The position numbers and the translations under genes are program-made. Shown one piece after another: positions 52,286 through 63,088 of a stretch of DNA of 64,000 nucleotides (position 1 is its first letter; each line of letters starts with the position of its first letter). Location: positions 1 to 64,000 of the forward strand of contig JBALDB010000063.1 in assembly GCA_036918135.1 (NCBI GenBank). The letters run 5' to 3'. A model generated the notes under the pieces. The model was not told where the DNA came from and searched no databases. It worked only from the letters and a program-made list of their open reading frames with translations. Source of the DNA: Nostoc sp. (GTDB lineage Bacteria > Cyanobacteriota > Cyanobacteriia > Cyanobacteriales > Nostocaceae).

Positions 52286-53782
52286 TTATCTCACTGAAAA
52301 TGCTTCGCTGAATCGCCGCGTCACAGGCTCAGTAATAAACGTCAGAATTGACTTTTTACGAGTGACAATTTCACCTGTAGCAGCCATTCCTGGTGTAAAT
52401 TCCACTTCTTGACCCCGGACATTGACTGAGTGTTTATTTAACTTAATTCTTGTGGGAAAAACTAAGCCTAATTCTTTATCAACAATTGCATTTGGACTGA
52501 CTTGCATGACTTCGCCATCTACAGTGCCAAATTCTTGGAAGGGGAAAGTTGCCATTTTCACTTTCGCTCTCATTCCTTGACGAATAAACCCAATATCGCG
52601 GTTGAGGATTTTTACCTCTAGGAGCATTTCTTCTCCTTCCGGTAAAATTGATAGCAATTCTTCACCTGGTTGCACTGGCCCCTTGGTGGCTTTGACTCTG
52701 TAAATCGTACCACTAACGGGAGCATCGATGGTTTCCAAAGCTTGCTGCTTTCTTGCCTGCTCTAATTGACCTTGAACAGTTGTCAGTTCTTCTTTACGTT
52801 TGTTTAGTTGGGTCAAAATTTCACTTTGGCGTTCTGATGCTACACGTTGGGCTTGATTTTGTGCAGCTTTGTAAGCTTCTTGGGCTTGGCGAATTTCTTG
52901 GGCCTGAGCAGCAATATCTTTTTCTAAGGATGTGACTTTATCTTCAGCCTCAGTTATTCTATTCTGGGCATTGGTCTCATCGTCTTGTGCTTTGGTGATG
53001 TCTGTCTTTGCACGAGTTAATCTTTCTTGGGCTTCTAGGTAATCAACTCTTGGTACAGCGCCGGGAGTTATCAGAGTGCGTAGACTTTTTTCTCTTTGTT
53101 GAGCGATCGCCAAATTACTTTCGATTTTAGTACGGATGCTTTGGGCGTTGGCAAGGTTGGTTTTAGCATTAGTAACGCCAGTTTTAGCAGCCACTGAGTT
53201 GTCTTGCAACCGAGTCAACCGAACTTTAGCTTGATCGATGAGTGCTAGTTGGCGATTTGCTTCGGCTTCGGTGGCGGCCTGACGCGCTTGGAAATCTTGC
53301 AAACGCGAGTTTAAAAGTTCATCTTGCAGTTTCGTACCAGCAATTTTGCTTCCAGTGCGTTCTGCATCCAAACGTTGCAAATCGTCCTGAATCAATCTGG
53401 TAGATTTGGCTAAACGCGAAACATCAGTTTTCTGCAAGTCTGGATCTTTTTGAATCAGAATTTGACCTTTAGTAACGCGATCGCCTTCTTGCACTTTCAC
53501 GGCGACAATTGAGCCTCCAGCCAAAGATGTCACCGGTCTTACCTGTGTAGAAGCAATTAATTCCCCTGGTGCTGTTGCTACTTCATCGATTTGCGAGAAA
53601 TGCGCCCAAGCGATCGCTCCAAATACGATAACGCTAATTGTTCCCGCTAATAATCTCGTATACAAAGGCGGTAATTCCTGTACCGCCTTTCCTAATTCAT
53701 AGGTAAGTTGTTCCTCTGGTTGGGCAAATCGCTCTTTTGTCTGACGTGCTTGAGCAGCATTTACAGTTAGGGGAGATCTCAT
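52286..53782 (-). CDS. HlyD-family type I secretion adaptor
   Basis: TM, long coiled coil, 'DIGFIRQGM.AKVK..TFPFQEFG', 'PGMAATGEI'. Confidence 0.9.
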   Translation of the reverse strand: MRSPLTVNAAQARQTKERFAQPEEQLTYELGKAVQELPPLYTRLLAGTISVIVFGAIAWAHFSQIDEVATAPGELIASTQVRPVTSLAGGSIVAVKVQEGDRVTKGQILIQKDPDLQKTDVSRLAKSTRLIQDDLQRLDAERTGSKIAGTKLQDELLNSRLQDFQARQAATEAEANRQLALIDQAKVRLTRLQDNSVAAKTGVTNAKTNLANAQSIRTKIESNLAIAQQREKSLRTLITPGAVPRVDYLEAQERLTRAKTDITKAQDDETNAQNRITEAEDKVTSLEKDIAAQAQEIRQAQEAYKAAQNQAQRVASERQSEILTQLNKRKEELTTVQGQLEQARKQQALETIDAPVSGTIYRVKATKGPVQPGEELLSILPEGEEMLLEVKILNRDIGFIRQGMRAKVKMATFPFQEFGTVDGEVMQVSPNAIVDKELGLVFPTRIKLNKHSVNVRGQEVEFTPGMAATGEIVTRKKSILTFITEPVTRRFSEAFSVR

Positions 53783-53904
53783 AGAATTTTAGATTTTAGA
53801 TTTTAGATTGGGGATTGGGTATTGAGGACTGGGTATTAGGGATTGGGGATTAAGAGTTAAAAGAATTATTTCCTAGTCCCTAGTCCCTAGTGCCTACTCC
53901 CCAT

Positions 53905-54780
53905 TTAAACTGCCAGATAGCGCCGCAAAAAATTTTCTAATGTCTCCAACTTGAAGTTAAAAATTGCTTCTAAATTGGTAATTTCATCTTTTGTACAGAA
54001 AAATTCATTTGCTAGCAATGTCCGAAAGGTTCCCAAAGCTTTTTGCATTCGAGGATTAAATAAACCCAATGCACCTTGTAACCCATCAATTACAAATAGT
54101 GGTGAATTAATTATTACTGGTTCTTTGGCAAAGATCCGACCAAAAATCCGGGGAATATCTTCTCTTAATAAAATCTCCGGCCCTCCTACTGGTAAAATCT
54201 GGTTGCGAGCGCCTTCAAATGTTACAGAATCCACTATTATCCTTGCCAAATCATCGGTACTGATAATTGAGGTACGATTTTTGCGATCGCCAATCAGCAG
54301 ATACAATCCAGTTTCCCGAAATCGTTCGACCAGTGGCAGTAAATTAGATGCTAATCCAGCTGGGCGTAAAATTGTGTAATTCAAGCCACTAGCTTCTAAA
54401 TATCGCTCTACTGCTAGTTTAGCTTTGAAAACGGGAGCGTCTTCATAACCGCGATCGGCTCCCAGTACGGAAATAAACACAAAATGCTGTACGTCATTAG
54501 CTTTTGCTTGGTCAATCAGTTCAATATTGGCACGGTAATCTAAGGATAAAGCATCGCTATCAGAACCGTGGGCACTGATAATATACTTCACACCTTGACT
54601 AGCTTTTTGAATATCTTTTTCTTGCTCCAAATCACCGATGAAGATTTCTGCACCCCGGTGTTCTAATTCGCTGTAGCGCGAGGTAAGACGAGCAAATGCC
54701 CTCACAGACTGCTCTCGTTGACGTAGGAGTCGCACAACTCTGCGACCAATTCCTCCTGTTGCTCCAGTTACTAGAAACAT
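53905..54780 (-). CDS. NmrA-like atypical SDR (NAD(P)-binding)
   Basis: 'LVTGATGGIG', 'YTILRP'. Confidence 0.85.
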   Translation of the reverse strand: MFLVTGATGGIGRRVVRLLRQREQSVRAFARLTSRYSELEHRGAEIFIGDLEQEKDIQKASQGVKYIISAHGSDSDALSLDYRANIELIDQAKANDVQHFVFISVLGADRGYEDAPVFKAKLAVERYLEASGLNYTILRPAGLASNLLPLVERFRETGLYLLIGDRKNRTSIISTDDLARIIVDSVTFEGARNQILPVGGPEILLREDIPRIFGRIFAKEPVIINSPLFVIDGLQGALGLFNPRMQKALGTFRTLLANEFFCTKDEITNLEAIFNFKLETLENFLRRYLAV

Positions 54781-55121
54781 ATGAATACCTAAATTAAATA
54801 GTTACAGCGTTTACAGTTCTCGAAATGCTCAATAATATATGCCCAAAACTTTATCAATAATTAAACATAAAATACGAGCATCTTTTTATACCTGGTAACC
54901 ATGCTCAAGATATCCTCACGCCAACTAAGCTAATAGGTCACACCTTATTTATCTTAATACTCCAAAAACCAAAAGCTGACAGCAGAATCCAGGAGTCAGA
55001 ATTGAGAAGTAAAACAGGCTTGACACTAGGGTTTGAGACTTAAAATTATCTATTTCACTTTCCTTGAAATCCACTGTAAATTCCCGACTTTTCAAACAAG
55101 TCAGGAATCTTGTTGTTCGTC

Positions 55122-55499
55122 TTAATAGCTCAACCAGTCAATAGCTTGTTCAAGGGACATCTTAGCCTTATGCAAGTTCAGCAAGTTCTCTTGTTCGTAT
55201 CGCTCAGGATAGTTCATTTTCCTACCCTCCAAAGTTATCGGAATCAGTGCTGCTTGCTCATCTGTGGGAGAATTCATCTCCTCAATAGCAGAACTGATTA
55301 CTTGAATAGCATTAAAGTTAGGAGATTTTAACCCTTTACCTTGCTTCATTTGTTGCAGTGCTAAAAGCGGAAATGCCATCAGAGTTACGATGTACGAGGT
55401 TTTATATCCTGCATTCCCAGTAGGTTTTATACTGTATCTTCGACACAAGTCGCGTAATTCTTTAATGGTTTTGATTTCAAGTTCAGAACGCGTGAACAT
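55122..55499 (-). CDS. Hypothetical protein with N-terminal Rho-N/SAP-like helical motif
   Basis: 'ELEIKTIKELRDLCRRYSIKP.G..K'; ATG of MFTRSEL preferred over the upstream start. Confidence 0.55.
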   Translation of the reverse strand: MFTRSELEIKTIKELRDLCRRYSIKPTGNAGYKTSYIVTLMAFPLLALQQMKQGKGLKSPNFNAIQVISSAIEEMNSPTDEQAALIPITLEGRKMNYPERYEQENLLNLHKAKMSLEQAIDWLSY

Positions 55500-55626
55500 A
55501 AAATAGTAGTGTCCATTTTTGAAATTGGATATTGGTGGTTGTACTTCCGGCAAGTTGTAGCAACCACCAATAACAATTTATTCTTTTGGCACCAAGTAAA
55601 TCAAGCTTTATTTATATTTCTCAATA

Positions 55627-55815
55627 ATGCCTAATCCTAAAGGAAATCCACAAAATTTACAACCAATTAAATCAAACAGGGAAGAATCATTAACAGAAAG
55701 GATTAACCTACGCATTACCAAGACAATGAAGGAAGATTTATCCACAAAGGACGATCCTCCAGAATTTTGCCGTCGTGCAATCCAGGAAGCATTAGATAAA
55801 GATAGAGAAAAGTAA
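55627..55815 (+). CDS. Small ribbon-helix-helix (CopG/Arc-like) protein
   Basis: 'ERINLRITKTMKEDL....PEFCRRAIQEAL' beta-alpha-alpha pattern. Confidence 0.65.
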   Translation: MPNPKGNPQNLQPIKSNREESLTERINLRITKTMKEDLSTKDDPPEFCRRAIQEALDKDREK

Positions 55816-55864
55816 TTTCAAAATTATTGCCTATATAGAGAAGTGGATGTGAGGAGACTTATAG

Positions 55865-56809
55865 ATGAGTAACGAAGATCAATATGATGTCTTCCTTTGC
55901 CACAATAGCAAAGACAAACCTGAAGTTATAGAAATTGCTCATGAATTAACAAGACAAGGAATTAAACCTTGGCTAGATAAATGGGAACTTCGTCCTGGTT
56001 TAGCATGGCAGGTTTTACTAGAGGAACAAATAGAAAATATTAAATCAGCAGCAGTTTTTGTAGGTAGCAGTGGACTTGGCCCCTGGCAAAGTACAGAAAT
56101 GAGAGCTTTTTTAAACGAATTTGTAGAGAGAGGCTGTCCCGTTATTCCCGTTTTGCTTAGGAATACACCACAGCAGCCTAAACTCCCAATTTTTCTTATG
56201 GGTCATACGTGGGTTGACTTTCGCACAGATACTGAGGCTATGGAAAACTTGATTTGGGGTATTACTGGAAAACCGCCAGAGCGAAAACCAAAGCTACAGC
56301 CAGTAATTCCAGCCGATGACCTCAGTTCTGAGAAGGAAGTAAACTACACGCGATTGCGAGATTTGCTAGCAGCAGGCAAGTGGGAAGAAGCGGATGAGGA
56401 AACTTTAGCTGTTATGCTCAAGGCATCTAGTAGGGGAAGGAAAGGCTATTTTAATGACGAATCCATCAATAATTTTCCCTGTACTGACTTACGTACCATT
56501 GACCAACTTTGGGTAAAATATGGCAAGGGGCGCTTTGGCTTTAGCGTTCAGAAGAAAATTTATCTCGAATGTGGTGGAAAGGCTAACGGTAAATATGATG
56601 GTGAAGCCTGGAAAAAATTTGGCGATCGCGTAGGATGGAGAGTGAAAGGAAAATGGATTAAGTATAGTGAGGTAGCTTTTAACACTTCAGCACCATTAGG
56701 ACACCTCCCGTATGGTATTCGGGAAAATGTATATACTTATTATACGGATGAAGGTTTCTATGATTCGATTCAGTATTGTTTTCCTTTTTTCTCGCGTCGC
56801 GACTTGTGA
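55865..56809 (+). CDS. TIR domain - GUN4 domain fusion protein
   Basis: TIR 'YDVFLCHNSKDK...PWLDKWELRPG...GPWQSTE'; GUN4 'LRDLLAAGKWEEADEET..PC.DL.TIDQLW..Y..GRFGFSVQK..GHLP'. Confidence 0.85.
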   Translation: MSNEDQYDVFLCHNSKDKPEVIEIAHELTRQGIKPWLDKWELRPGLAWQVLLEEQIENIKSAAVFVGSSGLGPWQSTEMRAFLNEFVERGCPVIPVLLRNTPQQPKLPIFLMGHTWVDFRTDTEAMENLIWGITGKPPERKPKLQPVIPADDLSSEKEVNYTRLRDLLAAGKWEEADEETLAVMLKASSRGRKGYFNDESINNFPCTDLRTIDQLWVKYGKGRFGFSVQKKIYLECGGKANGKYDGEAWKKFGDRVGWRVKGKWIKYSEVAFNTSAPLGHLPYGIRENVYTYYTDEGFYDSIQYCFPFFSRRDL

Positions 56810-57288
56810 AGTGTAACATATAAGCACTTCAGACTTTTATAAATATTTGTAATAAGATTGTTTTCTACGAGTTAATCAACATTTCAGAGATCCGATACCT
56901 GGCACTGGGGGTTGATAGCAATTAGCTTGAATAAACTTTTCTGCTACCTCCTGCACTTCAGTACTTTCTGACACCCTCTGCTTGTCCCAAGGTAAGCTCA
57001 ACTGTCCTGGTGACATTTTCGACTTAACTATCCAGGTTGAAAATTTCGGGGTGAATGAGTCATAAACCAATACAATTCAGATAAGACTAAAACACTTGTA
57101 CAGACAGCGATTTATCGCATCTCTGAACCGTATTTAGTCATAAGCAATTCGTAATTAAAAGTTTTCCCAATTTAAAATCCCCCCACATTTTTGTAGACGC
57201 AGGGGGAGTATTAACAATTCAAAATTCAAAATTCAAAATTGTTTCAGATGACGATTTAAAGGCTTTCTGCAAACAGCCCACTTCAAAA

Positions 57289-58191
57289 CTATTCAGAAGC
57301 TTTGTTATTAGCCCTATTAGCCCGCGCCTCTGCCGAAGCCATCACTTCATCGAAATTTTCTAGCACTTCCCCAGGGAAGTTTTCTAATACTCTAGTAGAA
57401 AGAGCAACTCGCCCTTTACCTTCATCCAAATCAATAATTACAGCTTTAATTGGTTGACCAATTTGAAATACTTTTTCTAAAGACTCAATAAATTTTTGGC
57501 TTACCTGCTTGATATGAAGTAAAGCGCTCATTCCATTTAAATCGACAAACACACCAAAAGGTTTGATACCAGTAACTTTACCGTCCACCAATTGACCGAG
57601 TTCTAACAAACTAAAATTGCTAGAACGTGTTGCTAAACGTTGAGAAAGAATAAGTTTATTGTTGCTTTTATTAATTTCCAAAAAGCCCACAGTTAGAGTT
57701 TGACCTTTGAGTGCTTCTAAATTATCGCGCTCAGCCAAATGCGATCGCGGAATAAATCCCCGCAAAGATAGAACCTCGGCTGTGACACCACCTTTATTCA
57801 CACCGATAACTTTTACTTGCACAGTCTGGGCATTTTCCTGCATTTGGGCTAATCGTTCCCAGATGTGCTGAATTTCCAACTGCTTTCGCGAAAGGGTGAC
57901 TTGACCTTCTGCATCTTGATCTCGAATAATCAAAAACTCCAGTTCCTCTTGCAATGGCAGCACTTCCGATAAATCTGTCACTGCTCTCAAAGAAGCCTCA
58001 TCGCGCGGCAGAAAAGCTGAAGATTTGCCGCCAATATCAACATACGCTCCATCATGGTCAAGTTGGAACACTTTACCATGTACAACCTGTCCCTTCTGAA
58101 ATTGGTAGTCGTGTTTTTCTAGCGCTTTGGCAAAATCGTCCATTGTAAACGACGAATTGGCTGTTTGAGAAAGTTTCGATTCGGAATTCAT
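57289..58191 (-). CDS. S1 RNA-binding protein (ribosomal protein S1 homolog B)
   Basis: Three S1 domains: 'YVDIGGKS.AFLP', 'LRGFIPRSHL', 'KPFGVFVD...ALLHI'. Confidence 0.9.
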   Translation of the reverse strand: MNSESKLSQTANSSFTMDDFAKALEKHDYQFQKGQVVHGKVFQLDHDGAYVDIGGKSSAFLPRDEASLRAVTDLSEVLPLQEELEFLIIRDQDAEGQVTLSRKQLEIQHIWERLAQMQENAQTVQVKVIGVNKGGVTAEVLSLRGFIPRSHLAERDNLEALKGQTLTVGFLEINKSNNKLILSQRLATRSSNFSLLELGQLVDGKVTGIKPFGVFVDLNGMSALLHIKQVSQKFIESLEKVFQIGQPIKAVIIDLDEGKGRVALSTRVLENFPGEVLENFDEVMASAEARANRANNKASE

Positions 58192-58280
58192 GACTTTTGA
58201 AGATTAATTTTTATTTGAACTGATGCCACTGGAGTTTAAATTGTGATTTGTCCTCTGTCAGTTGTCCTTTGTCCTTTGTG

Positions 58281-58325
58281 AATGACCAATGACCAATGAC
58301 CAATGACTAATGACTAATGACCAAT
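58281..58325. repeat. 7-bp STRR tandem repeat (AATGACY)n
   Basis: About 6 copies; a similar tract occurs at 63055-63088. Confidence 0.85.
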
Positions 58326-58347
58326 AACGAACTTGGCTGTATGGGCT

Positions 58348-59091
58348 TCAGTTGAGTTGACTAAAGAGTTGTTGCACCTGCTCCCAAGCATCCGCAGCAG
58401 CTTTAGGATTATAACTGCCACGATGGTCACAGAAAAATCCGTGGTCAGCTCCATCGTAGCGAAACAGACGATGAGGAATTTTATATTTTTCTAACTCTGT
58501 TTCAATCTCATCTACTTGTTCGCCTGGAATGCTAGCATCTTCTTTCCCGAAGAAACCATACAGAGTACCTGTAATTTCTCTGGTGCGGGTGAGTGTAGCA
58601 CTGCCACCTCCTGGTGTGCGGGTGGTAATTCCAGCACCGTAGAAACAAGCTGTAGCTTTAATATCTGATAAGGTAGCTGCAAGATAGGCAACATGACCCC
58701 CGAAGCAGAAACCAATACAGCCAAAGCCATCTTTTTTGACATTGGGGAGGCTTTTGAGGTAGTTAATTGCTAGTTGAATATCGCTCAGTAACTCTGATGC
58801 TTTAGTCTGTTCCCAAGCGTATTTTCTACCAATTTGAATATCTTCTGGGGTGTAACCAGTTTCAAAGCCAGGGGCAATACGTTCAAAAAGTGCAGGTGCG
58901 ATCGCTACATACCCAAGTTTTGCAATCCGTTCTGTAACTTCCCGAATGTGAACGTTGACACCAAAAATCTCCTGCAATACCACAATTCCTGGATAAGCTC
59001 CAAATTCTTTCGGTTGTGCTAGATAAGCAGACACTTGAATATTATCTTGCAAAAGTTTAACCGTTGTGGTGACTAGTGCTTGCTCTGTCAT
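58348..59091 (-). CDS. Dienelactone hydrolase family protein
   Basis: 'QEIFGVN', 'GFCFGG', 'HGF'. Confidence 0.9.
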   Translation of the reverse strand: MTEQALVTTTVKLLQDNIQVSAYLAQPKEFGAYPGIVVLQEIFGVNVHIREVTERIAKLGYVAIAPALFERIAPGFETGYTPEDIQIGRKYAWEQTKASELLSDIQLAINYLKSLPNVKKDGFGCIGFCFGGHVAYLAATLSDIKATACFYGAGITTRTPGGGSATLTRTREITGTLYGFFGKEDASIPGEQVDEIETELEKYKIPHRLFRYDGADHGFFCDHRGSYNPKAAADAWEQVQQLFSQLN

Positions 59092-59289
59092 AATAATTTT
59101 TACCAGTGTTATGTGATTAACGGTGTATTTCTTTGATATAACTATGCCAGTATGTCCAGCTTATTTTCAATAAAATTATCAATTACCATAGTCAGCGCAT
59201 TCAAAGTTTGTAACAGAAAAATTTCATGTATAAATCAAATATTTGACATGTAACAAATGCAGCCGTTCAACGAAGAGGAAAAAGCAGGA

Positions 59290-59420
59290 AATGAGGGAGA
59301 TGGGAGATAGGGGAGTGTGGGGAGTGTAGGGAGAGAGGGGGGGAAAGATTTCTTCCCCATCCTCCCACACCTCCTACACCTCCTACACCTCCCACTATCT
59401 CCGTCATCCCCCTCATCCTC
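59290..59420. repeat. Inverted pair of 9-bp purine/pyrimidine tandem repeats
   Basis: GGGAGTGTG/AGG tract mirrored by a CCTACACCT tract. Confidence 0.6.
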
Positions 59421-59466
59421 TACTCTTTTAGACACTTGCTGCTACTAGTATTTAGGAGGTTTGGTG

Positions 59467-60450
59467 ATGATTCAATTCCGTATTCAGCCAGACAGCGAGA
59501 TTCCTGCATCAACCCAGCTGTTTAATCAAATCCGGTTTGCGATCGCTTCCCGGCAATATCCACCTGGTTACAAATTGCCAAGTACACGGGCGCTGGCAAT
59601 GCAAACTGGGTTACACCGTAACACCATTAGCAAAGTTTACCGTCAACTCGAAGAAGACGGATTTGTGGAAAGTCTGGCTGGTTCCGGAATTTATGTACGT
59701 GCCCAGGGTCATGAGGGCGGTAGCAGGTTACAATCACCAACTATCAAACAACATCCCAATGCATATAAAATTGTCCAGCAAGCACTAGATGAACTACTCT
59801 CCCAAGGATGTTCGCTTAGTCAAGCTAGAGAAATATTTTTAGCAGAAATTGACTGGCGCTTGCGTTGTAGTGCGCGGGTATTGGTTGCAGTTCCATCTCA
59901 TGATATGGGCGCTGGTGAGTTAATGGTATATGAATTAGAGCGATCGCTGAAAATACCAGTACAGTTGGTAGCAATCGAAGAATTAACAGCTGTGCTAGAT
60001 AAAACTACTTCTGCAACAGTAGTCACAAGTCGGTATTTTATCAACGATGTGGAAGCGATCGCCGCTCCCAAATCTGTACGGGTGATTCCTCTGGATATCT
60101 ACGACTACACCAAAGAACTCAACTTCTTGAAAACTCTACCCAAAGAAAACTGTGTAGGTATAGTTAGTCTCAGTTCTGGAATTGCCCGCGCGGCAGAAGT
60201 TATCCTCCACGGTTTGCGGGGAGATGAACTACTGGTGATGACTTCCCAACCAAAAGATGCTTATAAACTTCAAGCAATCGTCAAGCGAGCTGAGGTAATT
60301 ATTAGTGACTTAGCCAGTTTTCCAGCCCTGCAAGCGGCTGTGCTAGCAGCTGATGAAGATATTATTCGTCCCCCAAAGCTGATTAAAGTAGAGAATTATA
60401 TCGGTGCTAATTCAATTAACTTGCTCAAACGAGAACTGGGCTTGAGTTAA
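59467..60450 (+). CDS. plmA: GntR-family regulator PlmA
   Basis: 'IQPDSEIPAS.QL..QI.FAIA.RQYPPG..LPSTR.LAMQTGLHRNTISKVY'; divergent from dienelactone hydrolase. Confidence 0.9.
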   Translation: MIQFRIQPDSEIPASTQLFNQIRFAIASRQYPPGYKLPSTRALAMQTGLHRNTISKVYRQLEEDGFVESLAGSGIYVRAQGHEGGSRLQSPTIKQHPNAYKIVQQALDELLSQGCSLSQAREIFLAEIDWRLRCSARVLVAVPSHDMGAGELMVYELERSLKIPVQLVAIEELTAVLDKTTSATVVTSRYFINDVEAIAAPKSVRVIPLDIYDYTKELNFLKTLPKENCVGIVSLSSGIARAAEVILHGLRGDELLVMTSQPKDAYKLQAIVKRAEVIISDLASFPALQAAVLAADEDIIRPPKLIKVENYIGANSINLLKRELGLS

Positions 60451-60653
60451 TCTCAAGCTCGTTCGACCAACATCTTTAGAATAGGGACTGACTGGGGAGA
60501 CTTCGGGTGAGCTTCAGTGCATCGCTGGCGACTGGGAGACTGTGAGGATTATGAACTCTTATTTAAACCCTGCCTAAACTTTGGGTGAACATTTATGAAT
60601 AAAACAAACACCTTGTTTTCCCACTCCCTATATTTCTTCAGAGGAGGAATGCG

Positions 60654-61853
60654 GTGATGCGGATTGCGATTGTGGGGGCAGGACCTACAGGTGCAACACT
60701 TGCCCTGCTGCTTGCAAAACGTGGTATTGCTGTAACCTTAATTGAAGCAGCAAAAGACTTTCATCGTGTATTTCGCGGTGAAGCATTAATGCCTAGTGGC
60801 TTAGATGCATTAGAACAAATGGGTTTATCGGAGTTATTGGCAGATATTCCCCATCGACAACTCGACGCATGGGAATTTATTTTCGGGGAAAAGCTGTTAT
60901 TTCGAGTTGATGAACCAATGGGGGCGTCCCAACCTTGTACCCTGCTTCCACAACCGCCACTGCTTGAAGCACTGATTTCTGAAGCTCAAACCAATGATGG
61001 GTTTCAATTTATCCAAGGTATTCCTATCAAGGATTTACGATGGAGTAATCAACGCGTCGCAGGTGTAGTACTCAGCGATGGTAGAGAATTTGCTGCTGAT
61101 TTAGTGATTGGGGCAGATGGTCGAAATTCTCTTGTGCGACAACGTATAGGATTGGAATTGGTACACCAGCCTAAAAATATAGACATTCTCTGGTTTAAGC
61201 TTGCTGCCAGTCCCAAGTTTGCAGCGGATAATGTGTTTCGTACTATCTTAAATAGCGATCGCGTATTCAGTATTTTTCATGCAGCAGAATCAGGAAAACT
61301 GCATCTAGGCTGGGTAATGTCCGCTAACGAAAAGACTGACTCCAAGCAGGCCAACTGGGCAGAGATTTTTGCCTCATTATCACCCTCATGGCTAGCAGAG
61401 CATTTCCGTAATCATGCAGATACCATCGAATCCCCGATTCGGCTTTCTGTTGTCGTCGGTTACTGTCCAAAATGGCACGCACCAGGGATACTGCTTCTGG
61501 GTGATGCTGCACACCCAATGTCTCCTGTGCGTGCCCAGGGGATTAATCTCGCATTGCGTGATGTCATTGTCGCCGCCAATCATCTTGTACCGCTGTTCCA
61601 CAGAGAAGCTCGACACCAGGAGATTGATATGGCATTATCGCAGATTCAAGTAGAACGTCAGCCAGAAATTATCCGCGCCCAGCAACTCCAGTTAAAAGAA
61701 GCTACACAAGGCGAACTACTGCGGAAAAATCCACTGCTGCGATCGCTGTTGATTCAACTTGCTCCCTTGCTCGGTAAAATAATTCAAACGTCTTGGTTAA
61801 ACCGACAATATCAGATGCGTCAAGGCATAACACAAGTACACTTAACCGTTTAA
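60654..61853 (+). CDS. FAD-dependent oxidoreductase/monooxygenase
   Basis: 'GAGPTG', 'IGADGRNS', 'GDAAHPMSP..AQGIN'. Confidence 0.9.
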   Translation: MMRIAIVGAGPTGATLALLLAKRGIAVTLIEAAKDFHRVFRGEALMPSGLDALEQMGLSELLADIPHRQLDAWEFIFGEKLLFRVDEPMGASQPCTLLPQPPLLEALISEAQTNDGFQFIQGIPIKDLRWSNQRVAGVVLSDGREFAADLVIGADGRNSLVRQRIGLELVHQPKNIDILWFKLAASPKFAADNVFRTILNSDRVFSIFHAAESGKLHLGWVMSANEKTDSKQANWAEIFASLSPSWLAEHFRNHADTIESPIRLSVVVGYCPKWHAPGILLLGDAAHPMSPVRAQGINLALRDVIVAANHLVPLFHREARHQEIDMALSQIQVERQPEIIRAQQLQLKEATQGELLRKNPLLRSLLIQLAPLLGKIIQTSWLNRQYQMRQGITQVHLTV

Positions 61854-61896
61854 AAAACTTTTATAAAAAGCTCGTTAACTGTTGAGTGTTAAACCG

Positions 61897-62811
61897 TCAA
61901 CAGTCAACAGGCATCTTAATTTGCAAAAACTCTTTTACTCGCTGCAAATAAGTTGGTGGATCTTCCAACATCGGAAAATGGGCTGTATTCGGAATCAGGA
62001 CAAACTGAACTTTGTCACTTAATGCTGCTGCTTGACGCCCCATCTCGGCTGGAATAATCTTGTCATACTGCCCCGCCACGAGCAGAGTTGGCACTGTCAG
62101 CTTGGCAAACTCTTGGGGCATCAATTCAGATTGTGCCTTAGAAACTGAAGTAAAAATTGTACCTAATGCTGCATCATAATCTGCTTGCAGAAAATCTTCT
62201 AAAAAAGCCTGTCGTTCGGAATTTGGTATCGGACTATAGAGAAATCTCGCCATAAACATCCGGTCAACAAATGGTATTTTCCCTAACCATTTAGGACGAA
62301 ATTTAACTACATAACCACCGAATTTATGAAAGGCAGTAAATGCTTTTTCGTCGTACTCAAAAACACCGCTACAAGTTAAAATTCCTCGTTCCACTCGTTG
62401 GGGGTAGAGGTTAAAAAATAAAGTAGCTACAGATGCGCCCATTGAATGAGCATGGATATAAACACACTGAATATGCAACTCATCGAGCAAAGCTGCTAAA
62501 TCATCAGCATATTCTTCTAATTCATAAGTTAACTCTTTGATTGCCTCTGATGCTTCTTGAAGTGACTGTGACTCGGCAACAGATTCACTTGCTTGGGCTA
62601 TGGTTGGCTTACCACGAGAACGACCAAATCCTCGTAAATCGTAGAGTAAACAATCAAATTGCTCAGATAAAACATCAGCCGTACTGTGCCAATATCTAGC
62701 CGAACCAGCCCAACCGTGGATAAAAACCATCACTGGTTTTGCTAAAGAACCAGATGGTTTTTTCACCCATTCGTAGTAATGCTCAACCCCACGAACATTA
62801 ATGTAAGGCAT
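61897..62811 (-). CDS. Alpha/beta fold hydrolase
   Basis: 'FIHGWAGS', 'DLRGFGRS', 'AHSMG', 'HFPMLE'. Confidence 0.85.
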   Translation of the reverse strand: MPYINVRGVEHYYEWVKKPSGSLAKPVMVFIHGWAGSARYWHSTADVLSEQFDCLLYDLRGFGRSRGKPTIAQASESVAESQSLQEASEAIKELTYELEEYADDLAALLDELHIQCVYIHAHSMGASVATLFFNLYPQRVERGILTCSGVFEYDEKAFTAFHKFGGYVVKFRPKWLGKIPFVDRMFMARFLYSPIPNSERQAFLEDFLQADYDAALGTIFTSVSKAQSELMPQEFAKLTVPTLLVAGQYDKIIPAEMGRQAAALSDKVQFVLIPNTAHFPMLEDPPTYLQRVKEFLQIKMPVDC

Positions 62812-63088
62812 TTGTCCTCTGTCCTTTGTCCTCTGCTGCAAAGTGACGCTCCTGCGTCGCTAACGCTTCGCTAACCTATGCCTCTGTCTTGCCCCTTCGG
62901 GTCTACGGAGGAAACCTCTTTACGAGAGGCTTTGCGTAGCTTACTTTTAGGTTCGTGTAGCATCTCCTAGAAAAGGAGTACGCAACAGACTTTGCGCTTT
63001 GTCCTTTGTCATTAGTCACTTGTCGTGCGTATATTTTTATTATTCCTTAGTTTTTGACTAATGACTAATGACTAATGACCAATGACTA

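Noticed and set aside
59235..59435. 66-aa ORF
   Set aside because: Artefact of the 9-bp repeat tracts.
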